Below are positions 26,055-36,195 of a stretch of 64,000 bases of DNA, piece after piece. Source of the stretch: an uncultured Gammaproteobacteria bacterium (GTDB lineage Bacteria > Patescibacteriota > Microgenomatia > UBA8517); the NCBI GenBank assembly GCA_964540475.1, contig CAZIMC010000002.1, forward strand, positions 111,551-175,550, in the 5' to 3' direction. The notes below the pieces were generated by a model, which saw nothing but the letters and a program-made list of their open reading frames with translations, searched no databases and was not told where the DNA came from. Numbering within the stretch: position 1 is the first letter of the stretch; every line of letters starts with the position of its first letter. Position numbers and translations under genes: made by a program.

Positions 26055-26780
26055 TTGCCCCATAATATGCAACAAGAAAGACCTGCATTTCGTGAATTGG
26101 TTGAATCGAGTGGGGAGGATATATTTAGAGACACATTTGGAAAGTGGATATCTATGCCCCTTTACGCAAACCTTTCCCCACAAGATGTAGCTGATTTGAA
26201 GGCAATAAGTGACCCAAAAAGATCGAGTTTAATTGAAAGCTTTTTATCAGAGATGAGGGGTAGTGTTGGCGAAAAGAGAAAATCTGGAGACTACGACGGT
26301 GCATTATCCGCACTGGGTATTTACCACGATGCAGCGTGGGAGAGATTCGAAGGAGACGACCTGCTCACAGTATTAAGATTTATTTATTATAGGACCGCAT
26401 ACGTACTTGAATACAAAGCCACTTATGCACATCTTTCTCATGAAGAACCTGGTAGTAAAGCAAGAACTGAATGTTTTGTGAAAGCTGCGCTTTTTTATAT
26501 GAGATCCGATTTGGTTTTGGGTTGCGCGAGTGATTACGGAGCGCGGGTTTCTGAGTCGTTAATGGGGGCTGGCAGTACATATGTCGATTTCGCAAGTAAG
26601 GCATTAGTAAAAACATTTGGTGGGAATATCGAATTGATCGGACCAAATGACAAATCAGGTCAGGTAATGGTACAGAGTCTTCTAAAGAGATCTCAAAACC
26701 GAAGAAGAGGATTAGTTCCCGGAGGAGGAGAAGTTACCTTTGTCAGCTCTGACGATATGCCCCCCAGCAACAGCAATTAG
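26055..26780 (+). CDS. hypothetical protein
   Basis: 241-aa ORF with no recognised motifs. Confidence 0.45.
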   Translation: MPHNMQQERPAFRELVESSGEDIFRDTFGKWISMPLYANLSPQDVADLKAISDPKRSSLIESFLSEMRGSVGEKRKSGDYDGALSALGIYHDAAWERFEGDDLLTVLRFIYYRTAYVLEYKATYAHLSHEEPGSKARTECFVKAALFYMRSDLVLGCASDYGARVSESLMGAGSTYVDFASKALVKTFGGNIELIGPNDKSGQVMVQSLLKRSQNRRRGLVPGGGEVTFVSSDDMPPSNSN

Positions 26781-26834
26781 GCCACAATCATTTACAAATT
26801 GAGTTGATGGAACGGTAAAATGATAAAATAGGGG

Positions 26835-27560
26835 ATGGAGCCGAAAATAATATTCCAAGACGAAGCGTTAATGATATTGAGTAAGCCAGCGGGGTGGATC
26901 ACAAATTCTGCAACAACTACAAATGGACAACCGGTTGTCCAGGAGTGGCTTGCCAATAATTTCCAATTTCCAATTTTTGAATTTCCAGAATGCCGGAACG
27001 GGATAGTGCACCGGTTGGACAAAGAAACTTCAGGTATACTTTTGATTGCAAAGACAAAAGAGGCCTTTGACGCTCTTCAGGGCCAATTTAAGAGTAGGGA
27101 AGTGCAAAAGACATATCTTGCTCTGGTTCACGGAGAAGTTAACCCACCAGTAGGCAAAATTGAGCTTTCAGTTGGGAGACTTCCTTGGAGAAGGGACAGG
27201 TTTGGTGTTCTCCCGGGAGGAAGAGATTCCGTTACTGAGTATAAAGCAATTAACAACTTTCAATTAGCAGTTAGCAATGAGAAATTTTCATTAGTTGAGA
27301 TGTATCCCAGAACAGGCAGAACTCATCAAATTAGAATTCACATGAAGTATCTTGGCCACCCATTAGTATCGGATGAATTTTACGCAGGGAGAAAAACTGC
27401 CAGGCGGGACAGGAAATGGTGCCCCCGGCTTTTCTTGCACGCTTCAAAAATCGCATTCATTAATCCGTACACTGGTAAAAAGATGGAGCTTGAAGCGCGA
27501 CTTCCTCAGGACCTTCAAGTTGCCTTGAAAACCCTTGAAAAGGTTCGTGAAAACCCTTAA
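26835..27560 (+). CDS. RluA-family pseudouridine synthase
   Basis: Catalytic motif HRLDKETSGILLIAKT. KTYLALVHG. Confidence 0.85.
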   Translation: MEPKIIFQDEALMILSKPAGWITNSATTTNGQPVVQEWLANNFQFPIFEFPECRNGIVHRLDKETSGILLIAKTKEAFDALQGQFKSREVQKTYLALVHGEVNPPVGKIELSVGRLPWRRDRFGVLPGGRDSVTEYKAINNFQLAVSNEKFSLVEMYPRTGRTHQIRIHMKYLGHPLVSDEFYAGRKTARRDRKWCPRLFLHASKIAFINPYTGKKMELEARLPQDLQVALKTLEKVRENP

Positions 27561-27569
27561 GCTTAATTC

Positions 27570-29252
27570 ATGGGCTTTACAGAAATCTCCCTGTTTCTTG
27601 TTGTAGCTGCGTTTTTTGGTGCGATAGCCAGGTATTTTAAACAGCCAGTCATGATGGGCTACCTGGTTGCAGGAATACTTCTTTCTTATTTCGGTTTCAT
27701 AGCAGATCAGGATGCGGTAGGGAATTTGGGTAAAATTGGCGTTGCGCTTTTACTTTTCCTGGTTGGAATTGAGATGAATTTAAGGGAACTTCCTTCGATC
27801 GGTAAAGTAGCTCTTTTTACGGGTATCGGTCAGATACTTTTCACTCTAATTTTAGGTTTTTCAATTGCATCGCTTTTGGGTTTTGCCCTGGTTCCGGCAT
27901 TATATATCGCGGTAGCGCTTACTTTTTCATCGACAATCATTATTGTAAAGCTGTTGGGAGAAAAGGGGGATTTGGGAAGTTTATATGGAAAAGTTGCAGT
28001 GGGGTTTCTTTTGGTTCAGGATTTTGTTGCAGTAGCTATCCTGGTTTTCCTATCTGGCCTTGGCACAGGGGGAGGAGCGCTTAGCAGTGTTTTACTTGTA
28101 TTTTTTAAAGCAGCCATCCTTTTTGCTGTTATTTGGTGGCTTTCAAAGCGGATCTTACCCTTTATATTTGCCAAGTTTATTGCAACCTCACCTGAAGTAT
28201 TGTTTGTGGGAAGCATAGCCTGGGCCTTGGGGTTTGCTGCGTTTGTTGGCGGCCCGTTCGGGTTAAGCTTTGAAATTGGCGGTTTTTTGGCTGGCCTTGC
28301 ATTATCAAATCTTCCCGAGCATTTGGGCATTGCTGCAAAAACCCGACCTTTAAGAGATTTTTTTCTGACTATATTCTTCCTGGCATTGGGGACACAACTT
28401 CTTATAAGCGATATTTTTGAAATCCTAACTCCTGCCTTAATATTTTCTGCTCTAGTGTTGATCGGAAACCCTTTAGTCGTAATGATTATCATGGGTTTGA
28501 TGCGTTTTAAGAGGCGAACTTCGTTTCTTGCATCCGTTACAGTTGCGCAAATCTTTGAGTTTTCGTTTATCTTAATGGCTATGGGAAGGAATTTGGGGCA
28601 TGTTGGTGACTCAGAGGTTGCAATGATTATTCTTGTAGGTGTTTTTACCATGACAATTTCTACTTATCTTATTCTTTACTCTGATAAGGTTTATAAAAGG
28701 ATTAAAAACCATTTGGCAATATTTGAACGCAAGAAGATTAAGGAAGAAAACATTGGCTTAAATGAAGTTTTTGAGGGTCATGTGGTCCTGGTGGGTTCAG
28801 GCAGGACCGGTAGAAACCTTTTAGCTTTTTTTAAAAAACAGGGAATAACCTTTTTGGTTGTTGATTATAATCCGAAAGTTTTTTCTAACTTGGCCGCGGA
28901 AAAGGTGCCAGTAATTTTGGGAGATATTGATGACTCAGACGTATTGGAGCTAGCCCAGGTGGAAAAGGCAAAAATGATTATATCTACTGTGTCAACATTA
29001 AGTGACAACTTAGAAATACTGGATTTCCTGAGAAATAATGGCTCAAAAGCCCTAACAATCCTTAAAGCAACTTCAAAAGAGGAGGCGGTTAAGCTTTATG
29101 AAGCAGGAGCCACATACGTGCTTTTGCCAGAGGTTATAGCTGGGGAATATCTAAGACATATCTTTGTCTCCCACGGTCTGGGCGAAAGCAGGTTGACCAA
29201 AATGGGCCAGGGACACTTTAGGCGACTTACAAATTATGCAACTTATGGATAG
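27570..29252 (+). CDS. Kef-type (CPA2) cation:proton antiporter with C-terminal RCK/TrkA-N domain
   Basis: About 12 TM helices. RCK Rossmann motif HVVLVGSGRTGRNL. Confidence 0.85.
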   Translation: MGFTEISLFLVVAAFFGAIARYFKQPVMMGYLVAGILLSYFGFIADQDAVGNLGKIGVALLLFLVGIEMNLRELPSIGKVALFTGIGQILFTLILGFSIASLLGFALVPALYIAVALTFSSTIIIVKLLGEKGDLGSLYGKVAVGFLLVQDFVAVAILVFLSGLGTGGGALSSVLLVFFKAAILFAVIWWLSKRILPFIFAKFIATSPEVLFVGSIAWALGFAAFVGGPFGLSFEIGGFLAGLALSNLPEHLGIAAKTRPLRDFFLTIFFLALGTQLLISDIFEILTPALIFSALVLIGNPLVVMIIMGLMRFKRRTSFLASVTVAQIFEFSFILMAMGRNLGHVGDSEVAMIILVGVFTMTISTYLILYSDKVYKRIKNHLAIFERKKIKEENIGLNEVFEGHVVLVGSGRTGRNLLAFFKKQGITFLVVDYNPKVFSNLAAEKVPVILGDIDDSDVLELAQVEKAKMIISTVSTLSDNLEILDFLRNNGSKALTILKATSKEEAVKLYEAGATYVLLPEVIAGEYLRHIFVSHGLGESRLTKMGQGHFRRLTNYATYG

Positions 29253-29264
29253 AAGAAACTAATA

Positions 29265-30191
29265 ATGCCGCCTGCCCGACGGAGATTACATAGATTTAAA
29301 AACGCCAAAAAAGTAAAAAGGAAATATATTTTCCTGAAATTACTTATTGTTTTATTTATATTTATTATCCCTTTATTTTTTCTCACAAGAACCAAGTACT
29401 GGGATGGAAAAAGCAAGTTGGTAGTGGTAGTGCAGGGGAACGGTGAGGTTTTAGTCAATTCTTTTGATCCTTTAATTTCAGAAATTACTACAGTTAAAAT
29501 CCCGGTAAACACATCTGTTGAGGTTGCGAGAGATTTAGGTACCTGGAAATTGGGAAGTGTATGGAAGCTTGCGGAAAACGAGAAAATTGGAGGAGTACTA
29601 CTTCAGGAGACTATTATTAAAAACTTCAACTTTCCAGTTGCAGCATGGGCAAAGGATGACGCAGGCAGTTTAGGTAGGGGAGATTTAGCGGCCATTAAAA
29701 GCACTTTAACAAATCCATATATTACAAACTTAAGTGTTGGTGACAGAGTAAGGCTTTTGTTATTTGCGACTAAAGTTAAGGGTTCAAGAAAAAAGACAAT
29801 CGAGCTTTCCGGCTCCTCGCTTTTACGAAGAGAAAAACTTGTTGATGGCGAAGACGGCTACGCTATCACTAAATCATTGCCTGCGGGCCTCATTGGAGTT
29901 TTTGCAGATAGCGAGGCATCAGGGAATTCTTTACGCGTTTCGATAAGGGATGCAACAGGAAAGCCAGGTAAAGCAAGTAATGTGGCAGGAGTAATTGAGC
30001 TTCTTGGTGCCAAAGTGGTAGCTAAGAATACTGAAGAGGCGCAGAATGTGGGATGCGTAATTTACTCAAACGGGGAGAGTTTGGTTAGGTTATTGCATAA
30101 CGTTCTGGGATGTAAAAAAGAAAAGAGAGATCAGGCTAGCAATTTTGACTTAGAAATAGTGCTAGGAAGCAAATTTGCTGAGCGGTTTTAG
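29265..30191 (+). CDS. membrane-anchored LytR_C-domain protein
   Basis: N-terminal TM. C-terminal VSIRDATGKPGKASNVAGVIELLGAKVV...GCVIYSN resembles the LytR_C domain. Confidence 0.45.
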   Translation: MPPARRRLHRFKNAKKVKRKYIFLKLLIVLFIFIIPLFFLTRTKYWDGKSKLVVVVQGNGEVLVNSFDPLISEITTVKIPVNTSVEVARDLGTWKLGSVWKLAENEKIGGVLLQETIIKNFNFPVAAWAKDDAGSLGRGDLAAIKSTLTNPYITNLSVGDRVRLLLFATKVKGSRKKTIELSGSSLLRREKLVDGEDGYAITKSLPAGLIGVFADSEASGNSLRVSIRDATGKPGKASNVAGVIELLGAKVVAKNTEEAQNVGCVIYSNGESLVRLLHNVLGCKKEKRDQASNFDLEIVLGSKFAERF

Positions 30192-30878
30192 CTATTCCAG
30201 TTCAACAGCATGCGTATCTGATGCACCTTTGTGTACCAGTTCGGGTGGGGTAAATGAGACATAATCAATCTTTTCGGCAGGGAAGGAAGGGAGGTCGTTA
30301 GTTCCAGCGGCTCGGCTTACTTCTTTAATAAACACTTTCAAATTGTTTAAATCAACCGACTTTATAAGAACTTTATATTCGTTACCGAGTTTTAACAGAC
30401 TCCTAAGTTTGGCTGACAAGTCATCGGGGAGCCTTCCAATATATTTTCCGTCCACTGTATTTACTGAAACACGGTGGTTGTGAGGAGTTAATTTAACCTC
30501 ATCACCGCAATCAAGGCTTGCAATCACTTTTGTATCACCCAAATAGAGCAGATTGGCTATTTTTGTTTTTCCTGGCTCTTCAAGAAAGGTTTCAGGCGAT
30601 GCTATACCGTTTGAAACATGCGATGAATCTTTGACTTCTTTCCATCTGGTGATTGCCTTACTTGCGATGCGGTTAAATGGATCAATTTTCAAAACCTTTT
30701 CCGAAAGGGTTCGGGCCTTTTTAATTTTTCCGATTTCAGCATAGGCCCTGGCAAGTCTGTTTAAAGCATCTATGTCTTTGGGGTTTTCAGTAAGAATTTT
30801 TTCGTTTAGGGTAATTGCTTCTTTCCAGTTTCCACGAAGGGCAAAAGCAACGGCCGCTTGGGCAAGATCGTAATCCAT
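30192..30878 (-). CDS. TPR-repeat protein with uncharacterised C-terminal domain
   Basis: Start at M 30878 (MDYDLAQAAVAFALRGNWKEAI...). 2-3 TPR units. Confidence 0.55.
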   Translation of the reverse strand: MDYDLAQAAVAFALRGNWKEAITLNEKILTENPKDIDALNRLARAYAEIGKIKKARTLSEKVLKIDPFNRIASKAITRWKEVKDSSHVSNGIASPETFLEEPGKTKIANLLYLGDTKVIASLDCGDEVKLTPHNHRVSVNTVDGKYIGRLPDDLSAKLRSLLKLGNEYKVLIKSVDLNNLKVFIKEVSRAAGTNDLPSFPAEKIDYVSFTPPELVHKGASDTHAVELE

Positions 30879-30981
30879 AACTTTTATTGCTATTAAAAAA
30901 TTAAAGTAACACGGCATCGATGTCAAGCCCCTTTGCTAAGCCGGGGTTTGCAGTGGTAATGCCGCTTGATATAATAAAGCT

Positions 30982-31716
30982 ATGAGTGGACATTCCAAGT
31001 GGGCAACAATTCATAGGCAGAAAGAGGCAAACGACGCTAAGCGTGGAAATCTTTTTTCCAAGTTATCGCGTGCCATTACTATTGCCGCAAAAAGCGGGGG
31101 AGGAGCCGACCCTGAAAGCAATTTTAAATTAAGAGTTGCCATAGACAAAGCTAGGGCTTCTAATATGCCTAAGGAAAACATTGACCGGGCCATAAGTAAA
31201 GCAAGTGCGGGTGGGGAGACTATGGAGGAAGTAACCTATGAGGGATTTGCCCCGAACGGGGTTTCTGTAATTGTTGACGCAGTTACAGATAACAGGAATA
31301 GGACTTCTCAAGAGATAAAAAATATTTTCGATAAAGGTGGAGGTAATCTGGCAGGGCCAGGGGCGGTCTCTTATAACTTTGAACAGAAAGGTTTGATAGT
31401 AATAAAAAAAGATGCAGATGCCCAGTCCCAGATGCTTAAGCTAATAGATTTGGGTGTTGAGGATGTCGAAGAGACCGATGATGGAATAGAAATATACACA
31501 TCAAATGACCAATTGGCAAATGTCAGACAAACTGTTTCCGATGCGGGTTTTGACGTTGTTTCGGTTGAATTAACTTTAAAGCCTAAAACAACCATTGATA
31601 TTAACGACCAGCAAGCTGCGACACGAGTATTGAACCTTTTAGGTAGCCTACAAGAATTAGAAGATGTTCAGAAGGTTTATGCCAACCTCAATATCTCTGA
31701 TAGTTTAGTAGCATAG
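30982..31716 (+). CDS. yebC: YebC/PmpR-family transcriptional regulator
   Basis: MSGHSKWATIHRQKEANDAKRG is the family signature. Confidence 0.85.
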   Translation: MSGHSKWATIHRQKEANDAKRGNLFSKLSRAITIAAKSGGGADPESNFKLRVAIDKARASNMPKENIDRAISKASAGGETMEEVTYEGFAPNGVSVIVDAVTDNRNRTSQEIKNIFDKGGGNLAGPGAVSYNFEQKGLIVIKKDADAQSQMLKLIDLGVEDVEETDDGIEIYTSNDQLANVRQTVSDAGFDVVSVELTLKPKTTIDINDQQAATRVLNLLGSLQELEDVQKVYANLNISDSLVA

Positions 31717-31723
31717 GACTTTT

Positions 31724-32494
31724 ATGTCTAAAAGACGCCGCTTTTTAATCACCTCACTTGTCCTTTCGCTTGGATTTATAGGTATTCAATTTCTCCAAGA
31801 TCAGTTTAGGTTTCTGGCAATAGGGGGCTTAGGGCTTGCTACATTTGCTTTATTTTACTGGTCACTAAAAGAGGGAATAAGCTCAAACATGACTATTTTA
31901 ACTCTAGTACTTCCAACGCTCTTTACGCTCGGAGTTGGCGTTTTTTGGTTTTTGTTACCAGTAAATGTATTAGCCAGAATTCCTGTAGTAATTATGTATG
32001 GTGTTGGAATATATGTACTTTGTCTGACCATGAACATTTACACAGTTTCAGCTTCAACGCGAACGATTGCACTGTTACGTGCGGCAAGGGGAGTCGGGTT
32101 TGTGTTAACTCTTCTAACCTCTTTCCTGATATTTGATGCAATATTTTCCCTGAGAGTCTCGTTTTTAGTTACTGCACCACTTGTCTTCCTTTTAACCCTG
32201 CCTCTATATCTGCAGGGATTTTGGGCAATTGAGCTGGAAGAGAATTTTAGTAAGGATTTACTTGTTTTATCACTAGTCAGCTCACTAGTGACTTCTCAAA
32301 TTACCGTAGCGCTTCACTTTTGGCCAGTGACCGTTGTTGTTGGATCACTTTTTTTGACAGGCACCTTTTATATGCTTTTAGGTTTAGGCCAAAGCAAGCT
32401 TGAAGGTAGGCTTTTTGCCCAAACGGTGAGGGAGTACCTCTTGGTTGGGCTTTTTGTGTTTATCGGAATGTATTTTGCTACACGTTGGGGATAG
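31724..32494 (+). CDS. polytopic membrane protein (hypothetical)
   Basis: 256 aa, about 7 TM helices. Confidence 0.5.
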   Translation: MSKRRRFLITSLVLSLGFIGIQFLQDQFRFLAIGGLGLATFALFYWSLKEGISSNMTILTLVLPTLFTLGVGVFWFLLPVNVLARIPVVIMYGVGIYVLCLTMNIYTVSASTRTIALLRAARGVGFVLTLLTSFLIFDAIFSLRVSFLVTAPLVFLLTLPLYLQGFWAIELEENFSKDLLVLSLVSSLVTSQITVALHFWPVTVVVGSLFLTGTFYMLLGLGQSKLEGRLFAQTVREYLLVGLFVFIGMYFATRWG

Positions 32495-32903
32495 CTTCAA
32501 ATTTTCAATTTGCAATTTTTAATTTTCATAAGCAATAACCTGAGAATAGAGGAGGGGGTAGGATATCCTATATTTATGTTATATACATTTGTGAAAGAGA
32601 TAAGGTTTTCATGAATATTATGGGATTTTTCACAAATTAACAAATTGCGACACTAGTAAACAAAACCCGAACCTAAAGCTTGAGAGAATAGTATAGTATG
32701 ATATAGTTAGTAGGCACAAAACCTTCATCATACCCTCTAAGATGTGGATAAATTACTAATTAGTCTTACATAGGAGTTACCGGTATCCTCGGAGTAGAAG
32801 ACCCTTTAGAATGCCTTTAGTAAGCTTGTTGGCGTGCTCTTCGAGCTTGCTAGCTTGTTCTGGTATTCAGTTATGAATACCAAAGGAGAGGTTAAAATAT
32901 AAT

Positions 32904-32999
32904 ATGTCGTACAATATAACTTTTACGACGTATTACATACCACCAGGAGTGGGGTGCTTTTTATCTTATTTTTTAGTTTACTTTGGCAAAAACCTGTAA
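32904..32999 (+). CDS. candidate small hydrophobic peptide (31 aa) in AT-rich gap
   Basis: AAAGGAGAGG SD about 12 nt upstream of the ATG. Peptide MSYNITFTTYYIPPGVGCFLSYFLVYFGKNL. Not in the ORF track (<60 aa). Speculative. Confidence 0.2.
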   Translation: MSYNITFTTYYIPPGVGCFLSYFLVYFGKNL

Positions 33000-33657
33000 C
33001 TTATATAATATTTATCTGTTTGCTCTGCTTTTAGGAATTGCTATAAATATTTCCACTCCGAACAAACACCGAATATTATTTAACGATTTTTTAAGCTCTC
33101 CCCTAGTCTGGTTTAAAATTTGTCGGTATTACTTTATCCCGATATTTCGGTTAATATAAAAGATGAGTGTATACCCATCTTTGGCCTCAGACAGGCCTTA
33201 GAATCGATTTGGTGAGGTCCCGTTTGTGTCTAATCTAGATAAACTAAAAGTGATAAAATTACTTGTATGTCTACAGAGCATGAGCTAGATAAGAGTTCAA
33301 TTAATACATCCAGAGAGAAAATCAAAAGACTTTCGGAATCACTTATAAATTTTGGTTGTGCAACGGGACGGCTTAGTATTGTTACAATTGGCTTAATGAT
33401 TACGTTGACTGCAAACTCCAGTGAATACAAAGACTTAATTGCTGAAAGTATAAAGAAATGGAAGAAGAAAAATATCTAAACGAGTAGCGTCGCACATTGT
33501 ATTACTCCACAATCAAATCCGTAAACTATACATAATTTTAAGCAAAACTTTATTTTCCAAAGTGCACTTACGACTTATAGATAAAGATAAAACCCTTACC
33601 CTTCCCCACTCCGATTTGTATAGTTGTTAAAATTGCAAATTGCTTTAGAATGCGATT

Positions 33658-34389
33658 ATGACGCACGAGTTGCCAAAGTCTTATGAAGTGCTTATAACTC
33701 TCGAGGATGTCGAGACTATTGGGAGAATGGGATTAATCAGCTTGGATCTAGATGGTGTGGTTGTGGACCTGGCCCACTTGCCACTTGCTAGGTTTAATTC
33801 TGAGCATAAGACAAGTTATACCTTACAGGATTTAAACCACCCGTATAGCATGGACGATTGGTATATAGCAAAGTATAACTGCACGCGTGATGAGGCACGC
33901 ATTTATACAACAGCACTTTGGAATTCGGCGGAATTCCTAGAGAATGCTCCGGTTGTCAAGGGTGCTGATGAAATTCTCAGATTGCTTGATAGGAGTAATA
34001 TTTCGTACCGCTTTGTTACGTCGAGGCCGTTTTCTGTTTTTTCAAGTACACAAACATGGTTTCAAAGAACTATTGGAGGCGATAAGATGGAGAGGGTTCT
34101 AATTCAAACTTCGGATAAATATAACATGAGGCACAAAGTTGAAACAATCAGAAATTGGGGTATAAAGGTGCATTTCGAAGACATGCCTGCACATGCTATG
34201 GAAATTGTAGAAAACACTGAAGCTATCGTTGTCATGGTAAATCACCCCTGGAACCGCTCGTTACCAGCCCACCCAAAGATTGCAAGGCCAGCACTTGACC
34301 CTGTTTATGATGCGAATCTGCTTCATTCTTTTTCTTCTCTTGTGCGTTACCTTAAGTCCCCCAACGGGCAGTCGCACAATAATTATTGA
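33658..34389 (+). CDS. HAD-superfamily 5'(3')-deoxyribonucleotidase-like protein
   Basis: HAD motif I LISLDLDGVVVDL. NT5C-like length (243 aa). Confidence 0.55.
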   Translation: MTHELPKSYEVLITLEDVETIGRMGLISLDLDGVVVDLAHLPLARFNSEHKTSYTLQDLNHPYSMDDWYIAKYNCTRDEARIYTTALWNSAEFLENAPVVKGADEILRLLDRSNISYRFVTSRPFSVFSSTQTWFQRTIGGDKMERVLIQTSDKYNMRHKVETIRNWGIKVHFEDMPAHAMEIVENTEAIVVMVNHPWNRSLPAHPKIARPALDPVYDANLLHSFSSLVRYLKSPNGQSHNNY

Positions 34390-34464
34390 CACATCCCCCG
34401 CTTTTGTGTAAATTGAAATTAATTATCGGATAACCGTTTTTTAAGTTTCTAATCAATCAACTTA

Positions 34465-35421
34465 ATGGCTGCCCAAACCGAATCTATCAACGGCGAAATT
34501 GGAAAAAGGATTGGAGAATTCCTTGAATACCTTCAGGTTGAGCGCGGCGCTTCTCCCCTGACCTTGCGTAATTACAGACATTATTTAACGCGTTTTGTAA
34601 ATTGGTTGCAAAAAGAAGGCATCCGCAGTAGTCTCGAAGATATAAACCAGGAAATAATAAGATCCTTCAGGGTATACCTATCAAATCTCCCAGATGGTAA
34701 GGGAGGAAAACTAGGAAGAAGAACACAAAGTTATCACGCAATTGCCCTTAGAAGTTTTCTTAAATGGTTAATTAAGAACGACTACAAGGTTATGGCTCCA
34801 GATAAAATTGATCTGCCGAAAATTAACGAAAGGCAAGTGAAATTTTTAAACGGTGAGCAAGTAGATAGACTTCTAAATGCCCCCACTCTTTCGACCATCC
34901 AGGGAAAGCGGGATAAGGCAATCTTAGAAGTTTTCTTCTCAACGGGATTGCGGGTTAGTGAGTTAACCAGGCTGGATCGTGACAAAGTCGATCTGGGAAG
35001 GCGCGAATTCGGGATTATTGGTAAAGGCGGACATGCGCGAGTAGTTTTTCTTTCGGCGCGTGCCTCCGATTGGCTAAAAGTTTATTTAGATGCAAGAAAA
35101 GATAAATATAAGCCAATTTTTATTAGACATAAGGGTAAAATCGGCCCAACCACCCCAGATGAAAAAATGCGTCTCACCCCCCGTTCTGTTCAGCGTATGA
35201 TAAAAAATTATGTCAGGAAAGTTAAGCTTCCTGTTGAGGCAACCCCGCATGTTTTGCGGCATTCATTTGCAACAGATTTACTTATGGCTGGGGCTGATAT
35301 AAGAAGTGTGCAGGAGATGCTCGGGCACAAAAACATATCAACTACTCAAATTTACACACATGTAACCAACAAACAACTTAAAGACGTTCATTCGGCTTTC
35401 CACGGCAAGGGCGGAAGTTGA
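34465..35421 (+). CDS. xerC: tyrosine site-specific recombinase XerC/XerD family
   Basis: N-terminal SAM-like domain (LEYLQVERGASPLTLRNYRHYLTRFVNWL). Catalytic RHxxR...Y box: HVLRHSFATDLLMAGADIRSVQEMLGHKNISTTQIYTHV. Confidence 0.85.
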   Translation: MAAQTESINGEIGKRIGEFLEYLQVERGASPLTLRNYRHYLTRFVNWLQKEGIRSSLEDINQEIIRSFRVYLSNLPDGKGGKLGRRTQSYHAIALRSFLKWLIKNDYKVMAPDKIDLPKINERQVKFLNGEQVDRLLNAPTLSTIQGKRDKAILEVFFSTGLRVSELTRLDRDKVDLGRREFGIIGKGGHARVVFLSARASDWLKVYLDARKDKYKPIFIRHKGKIGPTTPDEKMRLTPRSVQRMIKNYVRKVKLPVEATPHVLRHSFATDLLMAGADIRSVQEMLGHKNISTTQIYTHVTNKQLKDVHSAFHGKGGS

Positions 35422-35427
35422 GGATAT

Positions 35428-36189
35428 ATGGATAATGTAGATCGAAATGATATAATCCAGCAAATGGCAGAAAGAGGGATAAAACCGGGCGCTGAAAATG
35501 CTGAAACTGCTTTACTTCTAGACATTCTAAAAAGGGTTCCCGAACAGGTGGAGAAATACGAGGCATTATTAAGGGAAGACAAAGAGGAGATATCCCGTTT
35601 AAGCGCGATATCAAGGGCTGACCTTAACAGGAATATTGTGAGCCTCACCGCTTTACGAGGATTATTGACCAGGTGGTCAATTTCTCCCCGATCTTTTAAT
35701 ATCTCAAAAAGGGAAGTTGAAGAAACCAGCTTGGGCACTAAGCTATCCTTAAAGTTACGCAAGCCGGGTGACCGAGAGGAGCTTCCACTGCAACCGGAAA
35801 ATGCACAGCAACAACTTAGTTTATACTTAGATTTTAGACCCCATAAGGCAGTTACCAAAGAAGAGGTGTTTGAGGCAATTTCATTTAAAGGATTGTCACC
35901 CCAAGAAGTTCTTGAGCGCTGCAGACGATTTTTGCCACGAGATGCAAGGCTAATAATTAATACCGTTTCTGTTTGGGTTAACCCCAAAACTGAGAGAGTT
36001 AAAATTGAACCAGGAGGAGGCGTGGAATTTCGATATTCAGCTGGCTCCAGGGTAACGACCCGGGGAGTGGCATTTGTCGGGGTCTCTCCGCATTATTCAG
36101 ACGATCTATCATCAGGAGTAATCTCTCCCGAAGAAATAGTTTTCTTACGGGAACAGGTTAACTCATTATATCCACAACGGTTCAGGTAA
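35428..36189 (+). CDS. hypothetical protein
   Basis: 253 aa. 6 bp downstream of xerC. No recognised motif. Confidence 0.45.
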   Translation: MDNVDRNDIIQQMAERGIKPGAENAETALLLDILKRVPEQVEKYEALLREDKEEISRLSAISRADLNRNIVSLTALRGLLTRWSISPRSFNISKREVEETSLGTKLSLKLRKPGDREELPLQPENAQQQLSLYLDFRPHKAVTKEEVFEAISFKGLSPQEVLERCRRFLPRDARLIINTVSVWVNPKTERVKIEPGGGVEFRYSAGSRVTTRGVAFVGVSPHYSDDLSSGVISPEEIVFLREQVNSLYPQRFR

Positions 36190-36195
36190 GCGTAA

